From positions 9,734,001 through 9,798,000 of the forward strand of contig OZ024759.1 in the NCBI GenBank assembly GCA_964016885.1: a stretch of DNA of 64,000 bases. The letters run 5' to 3'. Below the pieces are notes generated by a model, which did not search any database, was not told the DNA's origin, and was given only the letters and a program-made list of their open reading frames with translations. A program made the translations under genes and the position numbers. Positions 26,890 through 39,104 of the stretch are shown here, piece by piece (within the stretch, counting starts at the first letter, position 1; each line of letters opens with the position of its first letter). This DNA is from Eledone cirrhosa (lineage: Eukaryota).

Positions 26890-28400
26890 CTTGTTAGAAA
26901 CATCTTTTGGATTTCAAAAATGCTTGGTTTAACAGGTATGTTTTCTACAGACTTTTGAACACCTTTCTTTATGATATCTAGAGCTCCTATCACTACCGGA
27001 ATAGTTTGTGTTTATCTCAATGTCTAGATCTTTATATTTAGCAAGTTTCTGACACTCATTTGCTGACATATTTCTATCAGATGGTACACTAATGACAATG
27101 AATAGGAAGGTCTTGTTTTTTTTAAATCTTTAATAACAATATCAGAGTTGTTTGCATTAATTGTGTGATCTGTGTGAAAAGATTGCTGCTCCTTCATTCT
27201 TATTTCCTGGTTGTGGTTTGTGTTAAGACCAGTTTTCTGCATGTTCTGCATTGTATTTTTTTGCATATTATCCAGTGGATGTATTGCCTCACCCTATCAT
27301 GTCTCATCTCCTATTCAGTGAATATATTGCCCAACCCTACCATGTCTAATTTTATATTTAATTGTCGCCAGTGTGGGACATCCTGATATTATAAAGTTAA
27401 TTGTTTCCAGCTGTATTTTTTTTTTTTTTTTTTTTTTTACGTCCGCTTTTCTCTGCTTGCAAGGGTGGGACGGGAACTGATTCTGGCTTGATTTCTACAG
27501 CTGGATGCCCTTCCTAACACCAACCTCATTTACAGTGAGTGCTAGGTGTTTTTTTTTCCGTGGCGCCTACACGTGTGGGCTGGGTGCTTTTTGCCGTGGC
27601 ACCTCCACGACCACTCTACAGTGGAATGATAGGGACCCCAGTCTCTATCATCTCATTTCTACAGCTGAGTAAACTGGAGCAATGTGAAATAAAGTGCCTT
27701 GCTCAAGGAAACAATACATCACCCAGTCTGAGAATTGAACTCACAACCTTTCGATTGCAAGGCCAATATTCTAACCACTAAGCCATGTGCTTCCATGTAT
27801 GTCACATGCATTTGTGGTCTGCTCCATTTCTGAGAATATTTGTCTGAATATTTGCCTAGTAAATCAGCTCTGGTCCGAACTTCATAGCCACTGATGGGTT
27901 TGTGCTTGATCTACATCAGCATCTTGGCTGTGAAGTGGGAATTGGCAGTGCAGAGGTTTTTGGTGCCATCTTTCTCTAAATGTTTTTAGACTTATTTTTG
28001 ACTTGCTGTCTTAGATGGACTTAGGTCAGCTACATTTTTTAGGTGTATGTCTTCAGTTTTTAGTTCTTTCCAGTACTTTCCTGCCTCTTTCAGTACTGAA
28101 TGAAGTTTCTTCAGGTTTTTGTGTTCTCTTACTACCACCGTCATCCCATCATTGGTGCTCTCTAGATGTGTTTGTAAACCTATTGTAGTTATTTTATATG
28201 ACAGTTCCAGTTAGATGAGTCCTCTTCCCCCTTCTAGTTTTGGCAAATATGTGTGATCTACGTCTGCCTTGGTGTGATGCATTTTGTTGGCTGTAATGAG
28301 TTTCTGAGTTTTTTGTGTCCATTCTTTGAAGATCAGATAAGTTCAAATTGATGATGTTATAACTGTATCATATCACTGATACAGTTATGGTGTTTATAGC
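26890..28400 (-). mobile_element. Decayed R4/Dong-clade (restriction-like endonuclease) LINE, C-terminal part
   Basis: MHHTKADVDHTYLPKLEGGRGLI*LE and HTDHTINANNSDIVIKD motifs with stops; interrupted by a SINE. Confidence 0.72.
27436..27795 (-). mobile_element. Composite SINE, family B head and core plus RTE-derived tail
   Basis: tRNA-like head (tagtggttaga...gagttcaattc), ccttgagcaaggcacttt core, then RTE 3' sequence. Sister copy at 35195-35520. Confidence 0.75.
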
Positions 28401-28679
28401 CTGGGAACTGTTTTTAGAATTTACCTTATATGCCGGCGTACAAGTTGACATTTGGAGAGCCTGAAAATATCTCTCCAAAACCAGGAGTTGACTTGTCCAC
28501 CAAATATAAAATGTGAACCTTTACCACTGAGGGGTAAACAGTGAAACTGCCTGCCTAACACTTGTTGTACATCATTTACCATAACTGTAGCAGACCACCA
28601 CAATTATTTCCTACTGAACCTCATATTTGTTAAGACTATTTAACGTAGAGATTATAATATTAATGACTTGCTGTAGCTC

Positions 28680-29185
28680 ACAGGGTAGGTTACCATAGAG
28701 TAGGGTACCATAGGGTAGGGTACCATAGGGTAGGTTACCATAGAGTAGTTTACCATAGGGTTAGGTTAACATAGGGTAGGTTACCACAGGGTGGGTTACC
28801 ATAGGTTAGGTTACAATAGGTTAGGTTACCATAGGTTAGGTTACCATAGGTTAGGTTACTATAGTGTAGGTTACCATAGGGTAGGTCACTATAGGGTAGG
28901 TTACCATAGGATAGGTTACCATAGAGTAGTTTACCATAGGGTTAGGTTAACATAGGGTAGGTTACCACAGGGTGGGTTACCATAGGTTAGGTTACAATAG
29001 GTTAGGTTACAATAGGTTAGGTTACTATAGTGTAGGTTACCATAGGGTAGGTCACTATAGGGTAGGTTACCATAGGATAGGTTAACATAGGATAGGTTAA
29101 CATAAGGTAGGTTACCATAGGGTAGGTTACAATAGGTTAGGTTACCATAGTGTAGGTTACCATAGGTTAGGTTACCATAGGTTCG
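28680..29185. repeat. 15-bp minisatellite (taggttaccataggg)
   Basis: Direct inspection. Confidence 0.92.
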
Positions 29186-29319
29186 TTAAGGGTAGGCTAG
29201 GCTGGTTTACTGAGTTAGAACTGACTTGTGACTGATGTATTTTAGAAGAAGTGTCTTAGCCTTTAGTACCCCACTAAATATTCTGGATTATTACCCCTGC
29301 CTTATATTACCCCTGCCTT

Positions 29320-29432
29320 ATTTTTAGGGGTCATCTTATTGGGCGAATATAGGGCTAAACCTGAATTACTCCTCAGAATTTTAGGGGTAGACTTATGCGC
29401 TGGATCGACTTGTATGCTGGCATATATGGTAG
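29320..29432. mobile_element. Tc2/pogo-like DNA transposon terminal remnant
   Basis: ggggtagacttatgc...tcgacttgtatgc...atatatggta end. Related termini near 35615 and 52760. Confidence 0.4.
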
Positions 29433-29524
29433 TTCAGTTTTCAGGATTAGTCTTATTAATATTCTTTCCCTATTTTCTCCATTTGATTGTGTTTAATTCC
29501 ATCACCTTCGTTTGTGCCAAGATA

Positions 29525-29678
29525 TATATAGGTACCTCTGGGCCTCATGTATGGTTGTATATATATATATAGGTACCTCAGGGCCTAATGTATGGTTGTA
29601 TATACATATATATAGGTACCTCAGGGCCTAATGTATGGTTATATCTATATAGGTACCCTCTGGGCCTCATGTACGGTT

Positions 29679-29717
<39 letters not shown>

Positions 29718-30498
29718 TACCTTCTGGGCCTCATGTATGGTTGTATATATAGGTACCTATGGGCCTCATGTATGGTTGTATATCTATATAGGTACCCCAG
29801 GGCCTCATGTATGATTATATCTATATAGGTACCCTCTGGGCCTCATGTATGGTTGTATATATATATATAGGTACCTCTGGGCCTCATGTATGGTTATATC
29901 TATATATAGGTACCTTCTGGGCCTCATGTATGATTGTTTCTATATAGGTACCCTCTGGGCCTCATGTATGGTTCTATCTATATAGGTACCTTCTGGGCCT
30001 CATGTATGGTTGTATATATATATAGGTACCCTCTGGGCCTCATGTATTGTTGTTTCTATATAGGTACCCTCTGGGCCTCATGTATGGTTACATCTATATA
30101 GGTAGTCTCTGGGCCTCATGTATGGTTGTATATCTATATATAGGTACCCTCTGGGCCTCATGTATGGTTATATCTATATATTGGTACCTATGGGCCTCAT
30201 GTATGGTTGTATATCTATATAGGTACCCCAGGGCCTCATGTATGGTTATATCTATTTATAAGTACCCTCAGGGCCTCATGTATGGTTGTATATCTATATA
30301 GATACTCTCAGGGCCTCATGTAAGGTTGCATCTATATATATAGGTACCCTCTGGGCCTCATGTATGGTTGTTTATATATATAGGTACCTTCTGGGCCTCA
30401 TGTATGATTGTATATATATATAGGTACCCTCTGGGCCGCATGTATGGTTGTATATATATATAGGTACCCTCAGGGCCTCATGTATGGTTGTATCTATA
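29525..30498. repeat. ~38-bp minisatellite (tatataggtaccctctgggcctcatgtatggttg)
   Basis: Direct inspection, variable TA spacer. Confidence 0.92.
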
Positions 30499-30690
30499 TC
30501 AAGTTTAACAGATGATGTTTTTGTTAGCTTTTCTCTTTTAAACGTTGCTTCCGTGCATTTATCAAGGCCAACATCCATGTCAACGCCCTAACTCCTGGTT
30601 ACTTTTAGCAGACAATTTTAGGTCATCCATAAAAAACAAAAAGTTACTGATCTTATTGCTGCTGTTCATCTTATAACCATATCCTATTAT
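30499..30690 (-). mobile_element. R4/Dong-clade LINE RT fragment
   Basis: LFFMDDLKLSAK and GLDKCTEATFKREKL motifs; probably the same insertion as 26890-28400. Confidence 0.7.
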
Positions 30691-30701
30691 TATTATTCAT
30701 A

Positions 30702-31752
30702 GGCGGTGGATTGGCAGTATCGGTAGAGGGTCGGACGCCATGCTTCAACGCATAGAGCTACGGCCCTTGCCATTCTGAGGTCAAATCCCGCCGAGGTTAA
30801 CTTTGCCTTTCATCCTTACGGTCGATAAAATAAAGTACCAGTAATGTACTGGGGTAATTGCTGGCCTTGTGCCAAAAGTAGAAACAATTATTACGGGGCT
30901 TGATAAAATAAAGTACCAGTAATGTACTGGGGTAATTGCTGGCCTTGTGCCAAAAGTAGAAACAATTATTACGGGGCTTGATAAAATAAAGTACCAGTAA
31001 TGTACTGGGGTAATTGCTGGCCTTGTGCCAAAAGTAGAAACAATTATTACGGGGCTTGATAAAATAAAGTACCAGTAATGTACTGGGGTAATTGCTGGCC
31101 TTGTGCCAAAAGTAGAAACAATTATTACGGGGCTTGATAAAATAAAGTACCAGTAATGTACTGGGGTAATTGCTGGCCTTGTGCCAAAAGTAGAAACAAT
31201 TATTACGGGGCTTGATAAAATAAAGTACCAGTAATGTACTGGGGTAATTGCTGGCCTTGTGCAAAAAGTAGAAACAATTATTACGGGGCTTGATAAAATA
31301 AAGTACCAGTAATGTACTGGGGTAATTGCTGGCCTTATGCCAAAAGTAGAAACAATTATTACGGGGCTTGATAAAATAAAGTACCAGTAATGTACTGGGG
31401 TAATTGCTGGCCTTGTGCCAAAAGTAGAAACAATTATTACGGGGCTTGATAAAATAAAGTACCAGTAATGTACTGGGGTAATTGCTGGCCTTGTGCCAAA
31501 TGTAGAAACAATTATTACGGGGCTTGATAAAATAAAGTACCAGTAATGTACTGGGGTAATTGCTGGCCTTGTGCCAAAAGTAGAAACAATTATTACGGGG
31601 CTTGATAAAATAAAGTACCAGTAATGTACTGGGGTAATTGCTGGCCTTGTGCCAAATGTAGAAACAATTATTACGGGGCTTGATAAAATAAAGTACCAGT
31701 AATGTACTGGGGTAATTGCTGGCCTTGTGCAAAAAGTAGAAACAATTATTAT
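30702..31752 (+). mobile_element. Family A SINE whose 3' 78 bp is tandemly amplified ~12 times
   Basis: Full SINE head 30702-30823, then unit gataaaataaagtaccag...gaaacaattattacggggctt. Confidence 0.9.
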
Positions 31753-31789
31753 TGGGGTCTCAGTCATTGATGCTATTTAACTGGAAAGT

Positions 31790-32030
31790 TTGTTCAAATG
31801 AACATGAAGGCGCTACCTGCAGCGTCAGATATTCAGGACGTTTCAGAGGGTTCTTGTTGTTCCCAGCAATCATCCCTTTTGAGGTGTTCCAAAAAAAAAA
31901 AAAAAAGGGGGTGGACTAATGTTCTTTAACCATCCTTGGAAACTCTTCGAGATAGTGCCTAGTGCTCCTATGACAATCGGGACGACCTTGATTTAATGAC
32001 AGTCCCAAAACCTTTTAAATTCCCATTTAT
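31790..32030 (-). mobile_element. R4/Dong-like LINE 3' tip
   Basis: VVPIVIGALGTI...LLGTTRTL motif; a similar remnant lies near 35030-35190. Confidence 0.55.
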
Positions 32031-32048
32031 TATTATTATCACCATTAG

Positions 32049-32255
32049 GGCGGTGGATTGGCAGTAGCGGTAGAGGGTCAGACACCATGCTTCGACGCAT
32101 AGAGTTACGGCCCTTTCCATTCCGAGTTCAAATCCCGCCGAGGTCAACTTTGCCTTTCATCCTTACGGGGTCGATAAAATAAAGTACCAGTAATACACTG
32201 GAATAATTGCTGGCCTTGTGCCAAAAGTAGAAACAATTATTATTATTATATTATT
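32049..32255 (+). mobile_element. Family A SINE, full length
   Basis: Matches 23248-23430 and the head at 30702. Confidence 0.85.
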
Positions 32256-32509
32256 AGGGTGCTGAATTAGCAGAATCGGTAGAGCGTTGGTCATGCTTTG
32301 AGGTATAAAGGTACAGCCCTTTATTGAGCATTCCACAGACATATGTACTCTTAAGATATTTGTCAGGGAGATCCTGCATGACACAGTGTGTAGCAATGCT
32401 GCCCCTTTGAATTACAGGTACAGTCTAGTTCTCAGGGAGATCCAGCATGACACAACAATGCATTCTATGTAATATAGAATGAAAGTACAACAACAATGGG
32501 ATATACATA

Positions 32510-33043
32510 GTTGGCGGTTGCGTTGGTATGGACATGTGATGCGTATGAAGGATGACAGCTGCATAAAAAGGGGCAGAGCACTAGAAGTCAATGGAAACCG
32601 CGGAGTGGGGAGACCCAAGAAGACTTGGGATGAGGTGATAAAAGCCGACCTTACCCAATTACACCTCTCAGAGGTGATGACACATGACCGTGACCTCTGG
32701 CGTCACGCAGTAATACAGAGTACCCGACCTCCCATGGGTACAAGCTGAAGCATATAGACAATATGCCCCCACACCCTCCCACTGCAAGGTGGTCGTGGAG
32801 GTGCCACGGCAAAAAAGCACCCCGCCCACACTGTAAAGTGGACGTGTAGGCGCCACGGAAAAAGCACCCAGCACTCACTGTAAATGAGGTTGGTGTTAGG
32901 AAGGGCATCCAGCTGTAGAAATCAAGCCAAATCAGTTCCTGTATGAGAAAGGCATGGTCAACCGACCAGACACTGCCCACAACAGGACAACCCGTCTAAC
33001 CCATGCTAGCATGGAAGAACGGACGTAAAATGGTGATGATGAT
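32510..33043 (+). mobile_element. RTE LINE 3' fragment
   Basis: RLRWYGHVMRMKDD...DRDLW, 3' UTR and GAT tail. Confidence 0.88.
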
Positions 33044-33165
33044 AGTTTGACCTGTATTTCTCTCCATTCACTGCCCATGTTTCACTACCATGCAACATTG
33101 AGCATTGTACACAGGCAGCCTTTTGTTCGTGGAAAGAAACATTTGAGCCTCAACATAGATGCAAA

Positions 33166-33851
33166 TCTATATATATAAAAGCAAGTCGGTCTGTGTGTGT
33201 GTCTGTCTGTGTACAAATACTAGGCTCCTTTTAACTTTTGAAGTACTAGGCCGATTTGGCACGTGCTATTGAGGCAACCTCTCATTGGCTAATTGTGTAC
33301 CTAGCAGTATGACTCGCTATGGCCCCCTAACCTAGCAGTTTGACTCGCTATGGCCCCCTAACCTAGCAGTTTGACTCGCTATGGCCTCTGAAAATCGTGC
33401 AGCAGCATTCTCGGCAACAGTGTCTTCGTTTTGATTAACTTAACCTTTTTGCTCATTCTCATCGTGTATTCAGGCGATGAGGGGGAATAGTTGCTACAAG
33501 GAATGATATTTCTATGTCCAGTGGATGGTCAACGTGGTAGTGACAGTGCCATCTTACGCATAGGGTTTAGTCTACTGAAGGACATACGGTGCGTCTATTC
33601 CATCTTTATCCCCTTACTCATACCTACTACAGCAAGGCCGGACCTGAAATCATTCACGTCAATTAACTCAAGCTACCCCATGAATTGTTTTTATGTTGCC
33701 GTTTATTTCACTCAATCATGTCACTGTACACCCATTTTGTTAAACTTTCTTTTACAATTACATTTCAATTCTTTGCTCAACCTTTGGCTCTCTTTATACG
33801 GACAAACAGGCTGTCATTCATTTCCCGAGCAACGCCGGGTACATCTGCTAG
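33166..33851 (+). mobile_element. Non-autonomous Helitron containing ~3 copies of a 31-bp unit
   Basis: A|TC start (tctatatatataaaa), internal (gt/ctgt)n, subterminal hairpin cccgagcaacgccggg, CTAG|T end. Confidence 0.8.
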
Positions 33852-34369
33852 TGAAAATATATAGCTCAGAAACAAGATCTCTAAGTCAGTCATTAGTTCA
33901 CCATTGATGTTCTGTTTTTCCACAGAATCGGTGTGTGTAACTTTCACCAATAAACATTGTAAACATCATTGAAAAACTGAAGATAAACTGGTAACCTTGG
34001 AATGAAGTCATTTGTACTAAAGTCATGAGAAATACAGATGACGTGATGTCGGATGGATGATGATCACTAGATGGAGAATTGTCAGGAAACCCCAATGGAT
34101 GGAAACCTTTTCACCCCAGAATAGAATCTTTTTCTTCCCTCTGCCACAGAGTACAGTCAGCTTCTTAGCTCAGCAACATACCGACAGCACATTTCACCTC
34201 GTAGTCACACACAGACAGACATTTGCTGAAACTCACAGAGGAGATGACAAAGGAATACAACAAGTGGAGAGATGTGTTGAAGACAACTTGTCCAACCCAT
34301 ACAAGTATTAAAAAAATGGACTTAAAAACCTTGATAATGACTTGGTAAATTTTATCAGAAATACAGTGA

Positions 34370-34512
34370 CAAAACAATTTACCCGAGACAACAATTTACC
34401 CAAGACAAAACAATTTACCCGAGACAAAACAATTTACTCGAGACAAAACAATTTACCCGAGACAAAGCAATTTACCCGAGACAAAACAATTTACCCGAGA
34501 CACAACAATTTA
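34370..34512. repeat. 19-bp minisatellite (acaatttacccgagacaaa)
   Basis: ~7 copies. Confidence 0.85.
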
Positions 34513-35194
34513 CCTGTAATCAACTATGTTAATGTTCAACAACTGAAATATAAAAATAAACAAACCAAAAATACAACAAAAAACAGGCTTGTCATTAAAT
34601 AGGTCAAAATATTGAAAAGATTTTCAAATATTGTCTGGGGGCAGATTACCAAATCAATTAATTTGGGTAGGGTGTCCTGAGAAGACAATCAAAACAAACT
34701 GCTTTCTTTATACAAAGAAGCACATGTAATCAGGTTTTGTTAGTAATTAATTTAATGTATTTCTCATATAACAGTTTGTTACTGGAATAGGGGAGAGGAG
34801 CTTCCTTAAGACACTGGATAGAGGTCTCAGTTGTATTTGTTCTGGTTCCCAGTACTTCTAGTTCGAAATATCCAGGTCAACTATGTCTTTCGTCTTTTTG
34901 AAGTCAATAAAAAAATTTACCAGTCCAGTATTACAGTTGAAACTTCCTCTAGATCTCTTTCTCACTTTCTCTCCTCCTCTGGAGGAAATCAGCTGTGTTC
35001 GGACTTGGAAAGGGAACACACCCTCTCAGATTTAACAAAATATCCAAGAAATGTTGCATGCCGCAACAGTGCTCCTATGATTCTCTCAAGAGTTATGGGG
35101 ACTATACCATACCTTTCAATCACTCCCTTTCTCCTTCTCAGAAAGAAAACAACTATTTTCAAGCATGGAGAGGGATGGGCTCTGTCAGATTTAA

Positions 35195-35520
35195 TCATCA
35201 TCATCATCATCATCATCATTTTACGTCCGCTTTTCCCTGCTTGCAAGGGTGGGACGGGAACTGATTTTGGCTTGATTTCTACAGCTGGATGCCCTTCCTA
35301 ATACCAACCTCATTTACAGTGAGTGCTGGGTGCTTTTTTTGCCGTGGCACCTCCACGGCCACTTTGCAGTGGAATGATAGGGACCCCAGTCCCTATCATC
35401 TCATTTCTACAGCTGAGTAAACTGGAGCAATGTGAAATAAAGTGTCTTGCTCAAGGAAACAACACATCACCCGGTCTGAGAATTGAACTCACAACCCTTC
35501 GATTGCAAGACCATGTGCCT
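35195..35520 (-). mobile_element. Composite family B SINE with RTE-derived tail and (GAT)n
   Basis: Near-identical to 27436-27795. Confidence 0.78.
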
Positions 35521-35697
35521 CCAATATACCCAGGAAACCCCCATGTCACAAATGCACTCCTGTAACACCACAAAGAGTTATGGGTCTAAACATACATACA
35601 GTTTTAACATTAAGTACTGTATTTTCTGGCGTTAAAGACGCTACTTTCTCCCTAAAATAAATTTCAAAAATTTACCTGGAGGCTGAAAAATCGATTT

Positions 35698-38600
35698 TGT
35701 GTGTGTGTCTGTCTGTGTACAAATACTAGGCTCCTTTTAACTTTTGAAGTACTAGGCTGATTTGGCACGTGCTATTGAGGGCACCTCTCATTGGCTAATT
35801 GTGTACCTAGCAGTTTGACTCGCTATGGCCCCCTAACCTAGCAGTTTGACTCTCTATGGCTCCCTAACCTAGCAGTTTGACTCGCTATGGCCCCCTAACC
35901 TAGCAGTTTGACTCGCTATGGCCCCCTAACCTAGCAGTTTGACTCTCTATGGCTCCCTAACCTAGCAGTTTGACTCGCTATGGCCCCCTAACCTAGCAGT
36001 TTGACTCGCTATGGCCCCCTAACCTAGCAGTTTGACTCGCTATGGCCCCCTAACCTAGCAGTTTGACTCGCTATGGCCCCCTAACCTAGCAGTTTGACTC
36101 TCTATGGCTCCCTAACCTAGCAGTTTGACTCGCTATGGCCCCCTAACCTAGCAGTTTGACTCGCTATGGCCCCCTAACCTAGCAGTTTGACTCGCTATGG
36201 CCCCCTAACCTAGCAGTTTGACTCTCTATGGCTCCCTAACCTAGCAGTTTGACTCGCTATGGCCCCCTAACCTAGCAGTTTGACTCGCTATGGCCCCCTA
36301 ACCTAGCAGTTTGACTCGCTATGGCCCCCTAACCTAGCAGTTTGACTCGCTATGGCCCCCTAACCTAGCAGTTTGACTCTCTATGGCTCCCTAACCTAGC
36401 AGTTTGACTTGCTATGGCCCCCTAACCTAGCAGTTTGACTCTCTATGGCTCCCTAACCTAGCAGTTTGACTCGCTATGGCCCCCTAACCTAGCAGTTTGA
36501 CTCGCTATGGCCCCCTAACCTAGCAGTTTGACTCGCTATGGCCCCCTAACCTAGCAGTTTGACTCTCTATGGCTCCCTAACCTAGCAGTTTGACTCGCTA
36601 TGGCCCCCTAACCTAGCAGTTTGACTCGCTATGGCCCCCTAACCTAGCAGTTTGACTCGCTATGGCCCCCTAACCTAGCAGTTTGACTCTCTATGGCTCC
36701 CTAACCTAGCAGTTTGACTCGCTATGGCCCCCTAACCTAGCAGTTTGACTCGCTATGGCCCCCTAACCTAGCAGTTTGACTCGCTATGGCCCCCTAACCT
36801 AGCAGTTTGACTCGCTATGGCCCCCTAACCTAGCAGTTTGACTCTCTATGGCTCCCTAACCTAGCAGTTTGACTCGCTATGGCCCCCTAACCTAGCAGTT
36901 TGACTCGCTATGGCCCCCTAACCTAGCAGTTTGACTCGCTATGGCCCCCTAACCTAGCAGTTTGACTCTCTATGGCTCCCTAACCTAGCAGTTTGACTCG
37001 CTATGGCCCCCTAACCTAGCAGTTTGACTCGCTATGGCCCCCTAACCTAGCAGTTTGACTCGCTATGGCCCCCTAACCTAGCAGTTTGACTCTCTATGGC
37101 CCCCTAACCTAGCAGTTTGACTCGCTATGGCCCCCTAACCTAGCAGTTTGACTCTCTATGGCTCCCTAACCTAGCAGTTTGACTCGCTATGGCCCCCTAA
37201 CCTAGCAGTTTGACTCGCTATGGCCCCCTAACCTAGCAGTTTGACTCTCTATGGCTCCCTAACCTAGCAGTTTGACTCGCTATGGCCCCCTAACCTAGCA
37301 GTTTGACTCGCTATGGCCCCCTAACCTAGCAGTTTGACTCGCTATGGCTCCCTAACCTAGCAGTTTGACTCGCTATGGCCCCCTAACCTAGCAGTTTGAC
37401 TCGCTATGGCCCCCTAACCTAGCAGTTTGACTCGCTATGGCCCCCTAACCTAGCAGTTTGACTCTCTATGGCTCCCTAACCTAGCAGTTTGACTCGCTAT
37501 GGCCCCCTAACCTAGCAGTTTGACTCTCTATGGCTCCCTAACCTAGCAGTTTGACTCGCTATGGCCCCCTAACCTAGCAGTTTGACTCGCTATGGCCCCC
37601 TAACCTAGCAGTTTGACTCGCTATGGCCCCCTAACCTAGCAGTTTGACTCTCTATGGCTCCCTAACCTAGCAGTTTGACTCTCTATGGCTCCCTAACCTA
37701 GCAGTTTGACTCGCTATGGCCCCCTAACCTAGCAGTTTGACTCGCTATGGCCCCCTAACCTAGCAGTTTGACTCTCTATGGCTCCCTAACCTAGCAGTTT
37801 GACTCGCTATGGCCCCCTAACCTAGCAGTTTGACTCGCTATGGCCCCCTAACCTAGCAGTTTGACTCTCTATGGCTCCCTAACCTAGCAGTTTGACTCGC
37901 TATGGCCCCCTAACCTAGCAGTTTGACTCGCTATGGCCCCCTAACCTAGCAGTTTGACTCGCTATGGCCCCCTAACCTAGCAGTTTGACTCTCTATGGCT
38001 CCCTAACCTAGCAGTTTGACTCGCTATGGCCCCCTAACCTAGCAGTTTGACTCGCTATGGCCCCCTAACCTAGCAGTTTGACTCTCTATGGCTCCCTAAC
38101 CTAGCAGTTTGACTCGCTATGGCCCCCTAACCTAGCAGTTTGACTCGCTATGGCCCCCTAACCTAGCAGTTTGACTCGCTATGGCTCCCTAACCTAGCAG
38201 TTTGACTCGCTATGGCCCCCTAACCTAGCAGTTTGACTCGCTATGGCCCCCTAACCTAGCAGTTTGACTCGCTATGGCCCCCTAACCTAGCAGTTTGACT
38301 CTCTATGGCTCCCTAACCTAGCAGTTTGACTCGCTATGGCCCCCTAACCTAGCAGTTTGACTCTCTATGGCTCCCTAACCTAGCAGTTTGACTCGCTATG
38401 GCCCCCTAACCTAGCAGTTTGACTCGCTATGGCCCCCTAACCTAGCAGTTTGACTCGCTATGGCCCCCTAACCTAGCAGTTTGACTCTCTATGGCTCCCT
38501 AACCTAGCAGTTTGACTCGCTATGGCCCCCTAACCTAGCAGTTTGACTCGCTATGGCCCCCTAACCTAGCAGTTTGACTCTCTATGGCTCCCTAACCTAG

Positions 38601-38875
38601 CAGTTTGACTCGCTATGGCCCCCTAACCTAGCAGTTTGACTCGCTATGGCCCCCTAACCTAGCAGTTTGACTCTCTATGGCTCCCTAACCTAGCAGTTTG
38701 ACTCGCTATGGCCCCCTAACCTAGCAGTTTGACTCGCTATGGCCCCCTAACCTAGCAGTTTGACTCGCTATGGCCCCCTAACCTAGCAGTTTGACTCGCT
38801 ATGGCCCCCTAACCTAGCAGTTTGACTCGCTATGGCCCCCTAACCTAGCAGTTTGACTCTCTATGGCTCCCTAAT
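35698..38875 (+). repeat. Helitron-derived 31-bp satellite (~99 copies) preceded by the Helitron 5' internal segment
   Basis: 35698-35805 matches 33193-33300; unit cctagcagtttgactcgctatggccccctaa. Confidence 0.95.
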
Positions 38876-39052
38876 CTTGAGGCTGTGAGTTCGATTTCTG
38901 AACCGGGTGATGCGTTATGTCCTTGAGCAAGACACTTTATTTCACGTTGCTCCTTCTACCTGGAGTTGCGACCGATAGATAGTACTAGCAACTGGATAGA
39001 CCGACGGAAACATTGTTTCCTCGGTCCGATTTGACGAAAATCGATCGATCCC
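38876..39052 (+). mobile_element. Family B SINE (CORE-like), 5'-clipped
   Basis: gagttcgatt B-box and gtccttgagcaagacacttt core; matches 51245-51620 in reverse. Confidence 0.75.

Positions 39053-39098
<46 letters not shown>

Positions 39099-39104
<6 letters not shown>

Noticed and set aside
30702-30800. tRNA gene-like A and B boxes
   Set aside because: These are SINE heads with no cloverleaf, followed by the SINE core and tail.
28425-34542. Two micro-exon candidates (34542-34514 and 28460-28425) with good splice signals
   Set aside because: Their phases (0 to 2 and 2 to 2) do not fit between exon 1 and exon 2, and inclusion would split the signal peptide.
35806-38874. Regular 31-bp repeats resembling a CRISPR or telomeric array
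   Set aside because: No unique spacers, no cas genes and a eukaryotic context; only one CCCTAA per unit, so not a telomere tract.
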